A stretch of 64,000 bases of DNA from Polymyxa betae A26-41 (lineage: Eukaryota > Protista > Endomyxa: Phytomyxea): NCBI GenBank assembly GCA_003693705.1, contig RBZT01000588.1, forward strand, positions 1 through 64,000, read 5' to 3'. Below are positions 24,674 to 37,981 of the stretch, in pieces. Numbering within the stretch: the stretch's first letter is position 1; each line of letters begins with the position of its first letter. A program made the translations under genes and the position numbers. Under the pieces are notes generated by a model, which had not been told where the DNA came from, made no database searches, and saw only the letters and a program-made list of their open reading frames with translations.

Positions 24674-26993
24674 ATGCAGATCCCAAACGATCACGAGAGC
24701 TCTAATAGTCGATCCGGCCATCCTCATCTGAACGATTCTTATAGCTCGTTCGACCAATTTCCTCTTTGGGAGGAACCTGACGATCGCTCGCTTCGAAATC
24801 TGTTCTATGGCCGATTCGAGCGAGGTGTCAAAGGAATGCAGCGAATTTTTCGCTGGCCTTTCCTCCTTTTTTTCTTCACAATTATCTTTATTGAACTGAT
24901 TCTCTACTTTGTTTTACGAGCTGTGATTTATGCTTATGAGACATTAATGTCTCGCTTATTCGATACGCATCATGCTGATCTGGTTGCGTTGGAGGAAGCT
25001 AAGACTTACAAGGTCAGAATTATTTTCTCATTTCATTGCTTCTCTGAATTGTTCAGGACTGGCTTGATCGAGCTAAGCGTTTAGATTCCGAAATGGACCA
25101 CGATTTCTACAAGGCGATTGATCAGTCACCGTTTTATTCATGGAAAACGGTTAAAACCATGACTAGGCAGTTGACGGCCAGCGCGAATGCGTTTCAACAA
25201 ACCCCAAATCGTCGTACGATTCTAGAACTGGAGATGCGTCTGGGTCGATCGTATAACGCCAATACTGCCAGTCTTGGTATTGATAGCGAACGTCTCTATG
25301 CTGAAACTTTTGCTGGTTGTTGACTTTTTCTTCCTGACGCACAATTTTTTATAATCGTTTTCACAGGAACAAAGAACATTCTGCAACGATATATCGATAC
25401 TGTGTTAGAGGCGACGAATCTGGTATGGAGAGCTGACTTATATAGTTAGAAGTTTGTAATGCGTCTCCAGTATATTGGTGCGGATGAGAAGATCATTCCT
25501 ACAGAGCGGAAACTAGAGAATGTGACCCGATGGAAAGCCACCTTTGGACGTACCGCTCTTTGCTTGAGTTCTGGTGGCACTATTGCGTATTACCATTTTG
25601 GTGTTGTTCGCGCTCTACTTCGCTGTGGAAGACTTCCACAGATTATATGTGGCAGGTAACCTACTTGATTGTTTTCAGTATTCGAGCTTTCACTGAGTGA
25701 CCTAATTGTGGTCTTAGCTCTGGGGGAGCGTTGGTAGCTGCCGTTATTGGAACAAGAACAGATCAAGAACTTGAGAATATTCTGACTCCTGACATCCATA
25801 AGTATCTAAGTTGCTGTAGGGACTCATGGGGAACCATCCTCTCGTAGGTTCCTCGGTCTGTGCTGATATCGATGTGTTTATTCGACGCAGGCGTTTTTTT
25901 CTGAACAATAAGCTGTTTGATGAAAAGCAATGGAGACAAATATCTGGTGATTTGCTTTTCGATGACATGACCTTCAAAGAAGCCTATAAAAAAACAGGTC
26001 TATTTTTTATGTTGGTGTTTAGTTTCAAATTCTAATTTCTGCTTTTAGGCCGCATTTTATGCATAACCTGCACGAGCGACAACAAATGGGGCGCACCAAT
26101 TGTTTTGTGAGTAAAGTAGCCAAATTGATAGTACATGCACTCATGATATCATGGGTTAGAAATTACATGACGACGCCATCGGTTGTCATTCGAGATGCAG
26201 TCCTGGCGAGCTCTGCGATTCCGCCCCTTCTTTCTCCTATAACGCTCATGTGTAAAACTGCTAGAGGAAGCATCCAGGTTGCTAACATGTCTGCTTGCCT
26301 ATCTATATCTTACGATCCTCTTCAGCCTTTTGTCGACTTTGGCAAATGCTGGTCTGATGGTGCCATTAAGAACGATATTCCATCCAAACAGCTTGCTGAA
26401 CAATTCAACGTCAATTACTTAATAGTGAGCCAGGTCCGTTGCATCATCAAAATTTCCATTTTGCTACGAATTCAGAGAGTAGTTTCCTGAGTGCGAATTC
26501 TAGGTAAATCCTCATATTGTCCCTTTCGTATATGAGTGTCGAGGATCACCTGGATGTCCAACCCGGCGATATGGAAGTGGATTACGCGGGGGATTTCTAT
26601 TCAGCGCCACCGAGGCTCTGTTGAAGCTCGATATGCGAAAATGGATGCGAATGATTTCCGAATTGGATTTGATGCCCATGGTCTTTAGCCAGGTTTGGTT
26701 TCAAATTTACGAACTCGAATGCTTTTTTTACAGTAGGACTGCAGGATTGGTCGAACTTGTTTCTTCAAAAGCATTGGGGAAATGTAACTATTTATCCAAC
26801 TAGAGGCTGGCGAGCTCTGTATGATACGGTCCTCGTGGTCACCAACCCAACATATCTTCGCATGAAACAGTATATCGAGACTGGAGAGCACTCAACCTAT
26901 CCAAAGATAGCAATGATCGCCAACCACTTCAGTTTAGAACAGACATTACTCACGGCCGAAATTAGGCTGTCCCACCAGCAAGCGCCAGTTTAA
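24674..26993 (+). CDS. Patatin-like phospholipase / triacylglycerol lipase (TGL/SDP1 family) with N-terminal TM helix
   Basis: FGRTALCLSSGG..YHFGVVRALL, nucleophile elbow GSSGG (split by an intron), MTFKEAYKKTGRIL, LNYMTTPSVVI..AVLASSAIP, WSDGA, FNVNYLIVSQVNPHIVPF. Confidence 0.93.
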
Positions 26994-27482
26994 ACATTGT
27001 ATTATGCCATCTACTTATTTTGTTTAAACTTCAATGCTTTCTAATATTAAAGCATATGACGTTGTGGCATGTTACATAGTATTATTTGATCAGTTAGGTC
27101 TGATCACGAGAAAAAAACAAGTATCGACATCTGCTTTAAATTCAGCTTTCAAATAGTGCTGTACATAAAGGATCTACTTTTCATGATCACGCCCCAACGT
27201 TGCTCTTGACCTATGGTACGTTCAATGTGGAGGAGTCTCGATTGAATGATCGGACCACTAAGAGCCCTCGCGATTCTAAGTGTCCTGACTTCAATGGACA
27301 TAGACATGGTATTTGTGATCCTTCATTACAGAGTTGTCCCTACCGTATTCTACGAAAGTTGCCCCCCTCAAATGTACAGCGCTGCCTTCCTCCTCTTGTC
27401 GCTTCCAAAGACTGTTCCGTTTTCATGACAGAATTGATCTATCGATAAAAAACATGCAACATTGAAAATTGTATTATGAATG

Positions 27483-28773
27483 TTAAACAGTTAATTGTGT
27501 TAAAGTGTTGAATAGGGAATCCGCGTCTTCCTTTGACTTTGTCTTGAGTAGATATGATTCGAATTGCTGGGAATCTTCAACGGAGACGCTGGTCAAACGA
27601 ACCATTTTGTCATGAGACCTCTCCAATGCCATGTTCTTGAAAAGAGACGCATTCAAAGCTAAGCGATGCGTCTTTGCCATTCGAAGCACCAAACGCGATC
27701 GGATCTCACCATCTTCGCCTTGGTAGGTATTTACATGCAAGTCTCCATTGCCGCATTCTTGCCATTGCTGCTTCTTCTCTGACTTTCCATCAACATTCTT
27801 CTCAACCGTTTTTAAGTGGTAGGCAGCAACCGGAACCTTTAGAACAATCTTATCGTTCTCTTCCCCGGATTCTACAGGTTCGGCTAAGGGCTCTTTGGCG
27901 GGAGTTTCCTGCTCAAATGTCTTCGAAGCAAATTGGAAGGAGGTTGTGGCGGGCGCTTCGGTGGTGCTGCCGCTGGACAAGAACGAGAAGGAGGCTCCGG
28001 TGCTGTCGCCGGATAGGGCGGAAAATGAGGCAGGCTGATCTCCTTCGCTCGATCCAAATTTGAATGGTGTCGTCGTGCTAGAAGTTCCGAAAGCCGGAAC
28101 AGAAGAGCCGAATGAAAACGTCGTGGCTGAGGTCGTGCTTTCGCCAGGTGCAACACCGAACTTAAAGGTGGTCGTCGAAGAATCTCCACCGAATTTGAAC
28201 TCTTGGGCGCTCGGGTTCAAAGCGGATTTCTTGGGCAAAGGAGACTTGTCCTCTTTGGCATCAGGTTTAGGTGCTTCACAGGCAGCACATTTATTCTTTG
28301 AAGCGTCGTTGTTAATCAAGCAGACTTCGCAGTTCCACGATCCGGTTTTCGGCATAAATTTCAGCAAAGGATTTTCATCTGAAACGCCATAAGGAATTTC
28401 AAAACAGAGACACGATATATTTACGGTTTGAATCTGATGCTGGAGCGGGAGCGAATCCTTCCGATTTCAACTCGACTGGCTTCTCTTGAGCCTTTGACTC
28501 TGCTGTGTCCTCAGCTTGACCGGCGAAATTGAAAACAGGAAAAGCACTTGGCGTGCTAGACACAGTCGATCGGCGCTTTCGACTGACCTTGACGACCCTA
28601 GACGAGCGTCAAAAGTTTTAGCATTTCAACGCGATTTCGGAAGCATACTCGCGCTGAGCAATCTCCTCTTCGGAGGCTGGAGTCCAGGTGGAGGCACCCT
28701 GCTCTTCCTGGGACGCCTCTGACTCACTGTCGCCCTGTTTCAGGTCAGTCTCGGCTTGACGCTTGCGGCCCAT
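27483..28773 (-). CDS. Nup50/Nup2-like FG nucleoporin with RanBP2-type Zn finger and C-terminal Ran-binding domain
   Basis: N-terminus MGRKRQAETDL...ASEEEIAQREVVKVSRKR (Nup50 importin-alpha-binding pattern). WNCEVCLINNDASKNKCAACEAPKP Zn finger. FKFG/FSFG repeats. RanBD VESGEEND...WQECGNGDL...SRLVLRM. Confidence 0.8.
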
Positions 28774-29001
28774 AACGAGAATCGATAGGTAAAAAAGCCC
28801 TGTTGTGACTGAAGATTCGCAGGCAGCCACTCCGTCACGGACCTCAAAATAACATCCACGTTCTCTTCAAGAATCGCTTTGCAATAACGCCTGCACACAC
28901 TTAAGCTACGTTGTTGATGACTACTCCATGAATTCGGTCTGAATGCTGCTGTGGATCTACTATTTAAATCATAGCTGCGTGTTTATTTGAAATTGTCGCC
29001 T

Positions 29002-32000
29002 TCAGAATAAAGCAAAATCTTCAGGATTTGCTTGCAGATGACGATTCTCCATAATCGGAATCCAATGCGCCCATCGAAGCTGCTGGAGAATTTCTATACG
29101 TAATTTATGCAAATGCTACATTCCCGGTTAGATTTAGTGGTTAATAACTGATTTACCGAGTGACCTTATCTCTGGCTACAATCGTTTCATTTTCATTAAG
29201 CAACTGAAGAGCCTGTCCAAGGCGGTTCTGTATTTTATGGTACCTAGAACATTTCAATAAGAACCAGGTTCCAAAAAAAATCGACTCTTTCCAACCAGGC
29301 ATTAAGCAAAATTATCTCATTATTAAGATCGGAATCTTTGCCATCAGTCCACTGCTGAAGTAACTTCATGGTATCTGTAAAAAGCACTTGATCTCGCTCA
29401 TCTGATTATGTAATTAGTTAATAGTAATCAGATAAAACTTTAAAAAATGTAATGGATACCTTTACATTTCATCAAACAAGTTGCTTTATAAGTCAATGCA
29501 GACACAAGTGTTTTCTTCTTCTCCTTGATGCTCTTGGTAAAGGCATTGGATTGGCTTCCAGGTGGTGGACGCACACCACAGCTTGAAGCCAAGGCGTTAA
29601 CATCGATTTCCTCCACGATAGAGGATGCTAATTCAATAGCCTGAGCACATGCGATTATTGAACAATTTAGAATTAGGTGTCCGTTGAAGCAAACTTTTTT
29701 TCTGAGGCGATCTGCTTCTACGATGTCATCAGACTGTTCAGCTTGCGATACATAGCCTTTAAGTTCTATTAGCAAAGCAGGATGATAGCGGGGATTGTCT
29801 TTAAGAATAAGCTCGAGCCCTAAATTACAGTATCTAGGAACAAATTGATCATAATCAAGAGAGAGATGACGACAAGTACTTGTCAACGTATGACTGTGGT
29901 TGCTTGTTGATCCAGCTTAATAGACAATCTCGCAGCGCAGTCTGGGGCGTTCTTTCCTCATCGCCTGTAAGAGAACCTTTATCATCATTCGTGTTAGATT
30001 TATCTAGGAACAAGTGAATTTGATGAAGAGCAGATCGAAAAAAGCGACACCTTTCATTGGCTCAAGATATCCATGGCAGATCACTGGGAATTTGATAGGA
30101 TGATTCGGTTGGTCTTCTTTATCAAAAATAAGGCTCCCGATCAAACAGCAAGCGCTAGTGAATCCTTTGGGTGTCGACAGAGAATCAGGCAGCGTCACAT
30201 AGTATGTTGAAGTCTGTGGTTCCGAATGAATAATTCAGCCTATATCGTGATAATGCTGACCTCATGTAAGTGCAGCGTCTCACGTCCAGTTTTCTTTGCT
30301 TTCTTGTGAAATCTGAGCAACAATTTTGATGAAATCAGACCAGCAACAATGAAATTAGGTACAAGGCGCTATTGAAATCTCGATGAACTTCCAGATCGAT
30401 CGATTTTGACAGCTTCCGAACAACTTTGATGGGCATTGTTTGCAGGTTCACAAGCAAACTTCTGTCATCGTGCTTTATCTGGATTCGCACCGTGTAGTCT
30501 CCCTAGTTAGCAAGTTGGTAACAAAGTCAATCGAAGAATTGATTACCTTCTCCAAAGTGACAGATTTAGGATACGCGTCTGTTATGTTGACCATTTTCTT
30601 GCCAGAATCGAATATTTGACAAATCTGTGAATCAAATTCCGATTCGTATAGGAGATTGTTGAGTAGTGGGTACTCAACGGTGACAGCAGACGACGTCGGC
30701 TACCAACAGTCACGAATTTTCAAATTAATGTACCTGAAACACCAAACCTGGTTGAATTTATACATCAGAGTGAGATCATAGGAATGTCGTTGTTTCGGAA
30801 GAGTATCGCGAATCGACAGACCCTTTATTAGGCCTGATAATTAAAACCAATATTCAGAATAATTCGCAACAGATTCAAAGAATTGCTGATCTTACCTTCT
30901 GAAATCGGATTCAGCGGCAGCGACCATGAATTGAAACTCGCACACAAATGGAGTGTTTCTGTCTTCAGCAATGAACAGACTTCAGTTCGGAGGACGCGAT
31001 CAACAGCTATATGAACTTATGATTCCAGAAAACCCCAAAGAATGAGCAGGTTTACACGACAGATGTAATACAGGAGAGGCCAGGGATAGGCCACACCAAT
31101 CAACACGCAGGCTCGCTTTCGTTTCGCCCAACGCCGACCAGAATTGGGCCAGGGTCACCTAACGGAACGTTCATTCCAGCCCAACAATTTCGACTGAACA
31201 TCATACCTCCAGAGTCGTCCTTTCCTTGACAGTGATGTGGACTTCATGCTTATTGGTTCCTTGAAGAGTGACATATTTACGTAGTGATGTATGTTTGTGA
31301 CTTCTTTGGTTTTCATTATAAAGGGTATGGAGTACGAATTGGCGTCCATCACTGTTGCCTTGTGCAGAAATTGTGATGCGTGCCGAAACGGCACCAACAG
31401 GAACACTGAGAAAATTTCTAGAAATAGTGCCCGGCTTGAACTGGAGTTCATTGAATTCAATTGCAGAGGCACCATCGTCTCGCATTGGTACGACAACAGT
31501 AACTGGGATGCGGAACATGGCCACAGGACCTAGTAAAATTGTTACAGGAAACCGAATTACGATAAACGATCAGAGACCAGGCTTAAAAAAACCTGCCATC
31601 TCCGTTTTTTACCATTCGAGACAGGATCATCAATAATGCTGATAATTTCTGTATAATGAACCTGGTTCGGCGACAGTTGTGTAGGATTGATGGCAACACT
31701 GAAAGTGCGACCCTGATTTGATAGAGTTATAAAATTTCAGTATACCAACAACGATCGAACCTCATTATGAAGAACCAAGGAAACTGGACACGATACCCAG
31801 CTAGCATCGCATTTTAGAGAGAGATGTAATTCCAGCTTGGATTTAGCAGCTGAGTAATCAGTCATAATGTCATTAAGCTTGGTTACGTCTCTTTTACCAT
31901 TATCGGAGTCATCAGGCAGATGAGGAACGACTTTGATCGAATGCGTCGATTCTCTCTGTATAATTTTTAGAGGCTGTACGTTTTCAGGCAACAAACTGAC

Positions 32001-34302
32001 AGTGATTTGATATGGTTCCCTTAGATAGATGCCTTGATTAATTTTTTCCACTGAAATCTGGAACCGAATATCATGCCTCGGATCGTCACGGTGCTATCCA
32101 TGAATTAATGCCCACTGACAGGAGTGAACAAACTTACCCGATTCAAATAGCCGGCGGCCTGTTGGCTGCTTAGCAGCCCATGACCAACAGTGAGAGGATC
32201 GAGGTCGCCCATAGCGACAGCGGTATTCTCAATAGCCCTTCTCACCCGAGCAACCGAACATTTGATACCGTTATGCCGAGCAAACGCCAGCAAATTCGAT
32301 ATAGCGCCAGCAGCGTTCGGGCTTGACATTGAGGTTCCTTAAGCACTTATCAGCTCGAATCTGTTCGCTAAAAGGGGCTTGCCATTCATCAGCTGCTTAT
32401 TATTGAGAGTCCACGTGGGTACTGGAGCAATCGCCGCTCCTGGAGCGGAGATAGTGACACCTTGGCCGCCATCAGCGGAAGGACCGCGAGACGACCACGT
32501 CGTCTGCTGCGGAGGAACATCATCGCGAACCGAGTACAGCTGAAAAATAGCTCAGCAACCTTATTGATAGCATTTCTGTCACCTAATTACTTGTTGGGCC
32601 ATTTCAGAGCTTACGAATGCTCCGACGGATATTGCAGCGTCGGTCGTGCCGGCTGGAGCTCCAACCGTGCTCAAAGCTGGGCCGGCGTTGCCAGCTGAAC
32701 CGACAAAAATTATCTGACAAGTTTTAGAAAACGAGGAAAGACGAGATATCCTTTACATTATGTTTGTTGACAGCGTCGCGAAGAAGCTCGCAGATGCGAC
32801 CCTGATTTGGAATCGAGGTGGGTTCACCGTAGGACATATTGATGATGTCAACTTTGGCTTCGACAGCTGCAGCGAATGCTCTCATCAAAGCTGCACTCGT
32901 TTCCATGGAGCCTGATAAGCGGATGATTTTATGGAGTGAAAGGGCTTTGCTTTGCATAAAAACGAACCGAGACGTGTGTCGCCAATTTTCATTGACACAA
33001 TTTGAGCTTCCGGATTGATTCCGTTCAGCTCAGTTTGATCAGGGAAACAGGCAGCTGAAATACCAGCGACATGTGTTCCATGCGAACCTGGAAGATGTCC
33101 AGTAAGTATCGACTGCATTAACAAAATATACGACAAACCCGCGACGGTTACGACGGAGATGACATTACCATCTTCGTAACTATGAAGATCTAATGATTTA
33201 CTACTCGAAACGAAGTCCCAGCAAACTCACACATTAAATGAGTACGATAGCAGCTCAGCTCCAAAAGTGGAATATTCGCGCTTGAAACGATATTCACCCA
33301 TGAGCTTTGCTGAGCCCAGATCCCCGGATTCACTCGTATCTAGAGCGATTTGCCAGCGGCCTGGAAAAATCCAAATCATTTCGTTGTAATCGAGGAATAT
33401 CGCGACGACCTTCTTCATTCTTGAACATGATTGCATCATAAAAAGGGCCGACGTCTAGGGTTGAAAACTTATCGGACATGGAAGAGAGCCTATACAAAAG
33501 TCAAAGGTTGCCATAAGCATTTAGACAAAAATGACACTCTTTCAGACGAGCTTCGAAATCAGAGGAGATTTCGTCGGTTTTTGAACCCTGTGATAAGTTG
33601 AAACGAGTTTCCAGAGCGATTAGAAACAGAATTTGCCTGATGTTTAAGGAAATCTGAGTGTAATTCAAGCTCTACGACGCGGTTCTGTTCGATAAACGGT
33701 TCACGACGTTTTTTCCGATGCTGTTTCACCAAAGGCTTTGGAAACAGAATGTAGGCTTCCACCAAACCCAGTCGAACTTCTACACAAATGTTTGAAAAGG
33801 TCAATGTAAATGTCCCAAGACCTACTTGATTCATTAGCCGGTGAGCAAATAGATTTCATCCATTCCTCTGGGATTTTCAATGTCCTTCCGCTTTTTCCAA
33901 CAACGGTTCCAGAGTCGGAATTGATCGCGGTTAAAGACATCCGAATATCTCCTGCTCCGCTGCAATCGATCAGATCTGACACCGATTAGGAATTAAACAG
34001 ACAATACTTGAGCTGAATGATACCCAAGATCTTTGGCAGACCGGACGAAGTGACTTGGAGGCCTGCTGCATTTGGATCGACACCTGCGATGTCTGCCTCA
34101 AAAATATTGTCTCAGGCCAAGAGAATGTCAAACCGGTGTCAAAGATGGCAATGACTACAGGAGCCGCCTTGCGATCAGAGCTACCATAGTCTATATCCAG
34201 ATGGTGTGCTCTCGGGATCATTCTCAAATTCAATTTGAAGTTGGCTCGAAACGAAGGGCTGCGCCAATATATTGCAACAAATGAGATGTTGTCAGGTGCC
34301 AT
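29002..34302 (-). CDS. TPP2: Tripeptidyl peptidase II (S8 subtilisin family), many introns; start codon uncertain
   Basis: Catalytic triad motifs [16 protein letters not shown] and [13 protein letters not shown]. Also [21 protein letters not shown] and C-terminus LRWAHW...NPEDFALF*. Confidence 0.93.
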
Positions 34303-34559
34303 TATTTCCAAACTTGAAGTTTTCGGGGATCAAGATTTATTAATAAATGGACCATTCCAACTGAATCCGTGCATTTTTTATCTGAGGGAATGAATTGGGT
34401 TGGATTGTTGTCGTGCCTTTCGACAAGGTGGGCGGCACTTTTACTGTATTGGTGGGCACAGACCCAAAGGTCCATGGCTTTCCTATTATTGATAATTCGG
34501 AGGCCTATACCCTTAAACGAAATCGGCGAGTTTCAGCCCAGCAAAGAGCTTAGCGACCT

Positions 34560-34798
34560 AGCATTGGAGGGCAGCCACCGGCTGGCCCAATCATACAGGG
34601 AGTTGAACCCTGTAGGCTACCAATGTTTCGATCTCATGCTGGTCTCCCAGCTTCTATCACTTACTGTATACTAAACTGGACAGCCGTGTTTGTAAGCAGT
34701 CTATTTGAGGGGATGACAGAAGATAGTCTTTTGTTAATGGGCTAAAGCGACAAAGGTTAGCCCTTTGACAGTTAAACTTAGGCAAGAGCCGTCTTTTT
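34560..34798. ncRNA. Candidate structured non-coding RNA of unknown class
   Basis: Three-way junction (cattgg 34562-67/ccaatg 34620-25 enclosing two hairpins), hairpin 34638-51, hairpin 34732-70, then T5 at 34794-98. It lies in the divergent TPP2/RAP spacer. Confidence 0.3.
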
Positions 34799-35003
34799 CA
34801 ATATGTCATACTTACAATATGTTGCCTCATGCTTACACAATGATGCCTCAAAACCCAGAAGAGAGACGAGGAGTCTTTCTCATCCTGTTGAAGGTCGTAT
34901 CGTACAATGGCCGAAGGCTCAGGGTTTAGGGTTTTCCGTAGCTTTCACCGACACGGTGGTGATCTCGGAACCCACTGCAATTGCAGCCACGAATGGCAGT
35001 GAA

Positions 35004-37140
35004 ATGGTCATTCTGAAAGGGTTTCGTATCAGCTCCGGTTTGCCTTTATGTTTGCGGGCCCGATCATCCTCCAGCAGGGCATCTATAACATGCCGGCGGC
35101 AGGGTTCCATATTCCCTGCTGTGTCAAAAATGGCCTTGGAGAATCTCATGCAGTTTGCTTCACGAGACGCTGTTTCCATGCATCCATCAGAGATTGTGCA
35201 AATTGCTAAACGCATACATAATTTGCAGCTAGCTGGTGCCAAGGCAGATCGTTGCAGATTGACTGAGACAATGCTGCCAATGATCTCACTGTATGTCGAC
35301 CAGTATCTGACTAGTTCAAGACCTGGCCACATCTGTGCTATCTTGAACGCTTTAGCTCTTTGCGATGTTCAAAATTTTGAACCGGCAACTACCAAACGCC
35401 TGCTGGATAAGCTCACAGAATCGGTGCATTTAACCACACCGAAGCAACTCTCATCATCGCTCGCAGCGATGGTCAGATTGCAAAATTGCCACAAACAAGC
35501 TATCCAAGTTTGTTCAGAAGCAGCTTTATCTAAGCTATCGAACCTCGGACCCTCTGATCTGATCTTGATACTGAAGTCCATAAGCCAGTAAGATAACTGA
35601 CTTCGCTATTTGCCATCAGTTGCTAACATTTCAGGTCCAAGGTTCCTGTGTCTCCCAAACTTATTGGGTCTGCTGCCGATCGGATATCCAGTCACATCGA
35701 TACGATCTCTATTCGAGGCTTAATTTCTCTGCTGTTTGCTTTTACAGTATCCAAATGGCCAGCTCAGGATTTGATTGCTGCTGTAGAACCCCGCATTACC
35801 TGCCTTTCCCATACTAGTGTTGCTGGTCATCAAATTGCTACGATGACTTGGATTCTCGCTAAGCAAGGTTGCCGTCATGCGGATCCTTATCATCGTTTAT
35901 CTTCCATAGCGTTATACACGTACTGGCAGCTGTGGCAATTCTTGAAGATCAGCAACTGATCCTCTTTAGGCGACTAGCTGGATTTGATGAAGAGGCTTTG
36001 TGTAAAACTCTATGGTCCTTCGCCGTTGCCCAAGTGAGGTGCACAAGGCTAGCAACAGAGATTGTCCACGAACTAGCAGAGCTACCTATTTCGACCTCCA
36101 GTATAGCATTGGCGATTTGGTCTGTAGCAAAGCTTAAAATGTACCATTTGGTTGAGGATGCCTTTAATGCATTCCGGGATCGGATTGTGAATGAAATTGA
36201 CGGCTTCTCGGGTGGAGATTTAAAGCGACTCCGTTGGGCATTCGCATCAGCAGGTATAACAGATGGGACATTATGTGAAACCATTTTCAGCCGTTCGTTC
36301 CAGCTTTGCCAGCAAAGAGACGTGGAATCCCTTGCATCGCTTATGCGGGGACTCAGCATAACAGGCCAATGCATTAGCTTATTATCGAAATCGGCATCAT
36401 CAATTTTAGAATCGGGCATGGAAAAATGCAAAGATAATGATATTGCAGCAATGGCATGGTCGCTATCTGTGGCTCTTCAGGGAGATCACAAATTTTTCGA
36501 CCATGTTATCAATTTCATCGGGCCACATTTCTGCAGGGACCTTTATCCTATATTGATGTGGTCATTTGCTTGTGTACAACGAGTGTTGCCTATTGATTGC
36601 CTGGCTGTTCTTTGTTCTGAAAACGTCACACTATCGACATCACAAAAATGTCAGATTCATCAGTGGAGGTTAGCCAGTAAGATCGTTGGTAAAAGGCAAC
36701 TTTTTTGCTATACTGTCATCGGTCTGAATTTTATTGCAGCTTCCAGTGATGCTCATCAAGCTCTTCTTAGTGCATGCGAGCGAGAGATGCGAAATGTATC
36801 ATCTAGGGCTAAGGCCTATCCCATTCATCGTCATATAATGAGATATCTACCCACCAAATTCGAAAGCAATGTTATCTGTTCCAAGACATCGCTGCAACTC
36901 AACTTTGCATCTGCAAGCGAATCCATTGTGCTAGAAGTTGTCGACAGCCATGATTTTATTCGATGCTATGAAAGCCGTGTTTTGAATGGGGCTACCAGGT
37001 TCAAAACAAGGTTGCTTGAACAGCATGGTTGGAGGGTAGTCTACGTGGATGCTGCCACTTGGCATCAACTAAAATCAAAGAACGATCGCACGCACTATAT
37101 CGATTCGGTTCTTGCTAATCAAGATTCCTTTAATCGCTAG
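35004..37140 (+). CDS. RAP-domain helical-repeat (FASTK/OPR/HPR-like) RNA-binding protein, probably mitochondrial
   Basis: Repeats of the type xIAxxxWSxAxL (ALCKTLWSFAVA, IALAIWSVAKL, LKRLRWAFASA, IAAMAWSLSVA). C-terminal RAP domain IVLEVVDSHDF...GATRFKTRLLEQHGWRVVYV...W. Arg/Ser-rich presequence from ATG 35004; the frame is open from 34803. Confidence 0.85.
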
Positions 37141-37981
37141 CTACTGGCTTGTTGACTCTGGCAAAATCGGGTCTGTCTTTCGTCCTACTGTGAATACACA
37201 CGAACCCCGGAACCTATCTATAATTTGTACAGTAATGCGGATATTATTCCAGGTGAGATTTTGGGTCGCCAGGATCTGCCGTTAGACAGTTTTCCTGCTA
37301 CTTTATTGATCAACACCACTTTGTATTGGATTGAAACGTGCCTCTGTCTTATCCTTTGGAATGCTTCTAGCTGAAGTTGCAGACGCAAAGCATGAGCCAA
37401 TTCATCGAAGCTCGAGATATTTTGAGTTTATTAATTCATAGATGTATGTTAATTGAAACTGAGGGAATAATGGCTCACTGCTGCCAAGTCGTGTTCAATG
37501 CCATTCCTAGATTTTCACACTGCCAAGCCGATTACTGCAGGTTTTTACTCGCTGAACAGTTCTTTGAGAGTGAATGACGTTCAAACCATTTCAACGCTTC
37601 GATGATGGTCTGGTCCTCTGAGGCTCTGCTTGTCATGTTTCTACAGCGCTTCCAAACTAAAAAGGTTCAGAAAAATCTCAAAATTTCGTTTCCCATTGCG
37701 AATTCCACATCATTTGGCTCGTCATCCCCAACTTTACCGTGCTCTGATTGCGAAACAAACCTGATTGATGGTGAAACGTGACTCGTGACTTGCCTGTTGC
37801 ATAAGTTAAAGCAGCAACAAAAAATTGCGCGATCTGATGTGCGTGAGGATATTGCGCGACTGTGGACGTTACCCGTAAGGTGGCCCTTAAGCTGTTAAGC
37901 ATAGCATGATGGGCGGCCCCAAGCAATGCTGCGAGACGGCCCTATCTCCATTCCTATTTCAATCAAGAGCACGCCACTACG

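Noticed and set aside
34585-34660. tRNA on the minus strand (GGGTTCAACTCCC T-arm)
   Set aside because: No complementary acceptor stem, D-arm or anticodon arm could be built; kept only as a generic structured-RNA candidate.
34505-34725. U6, U12, U3 or telomerase RNA identity (tatactaaa, cccttaaac, aagactat fragments)
   Set aside because: Only short matches; the invariant motifs (ACAGAGA, GUAAGGA, box A, full template) are absent.
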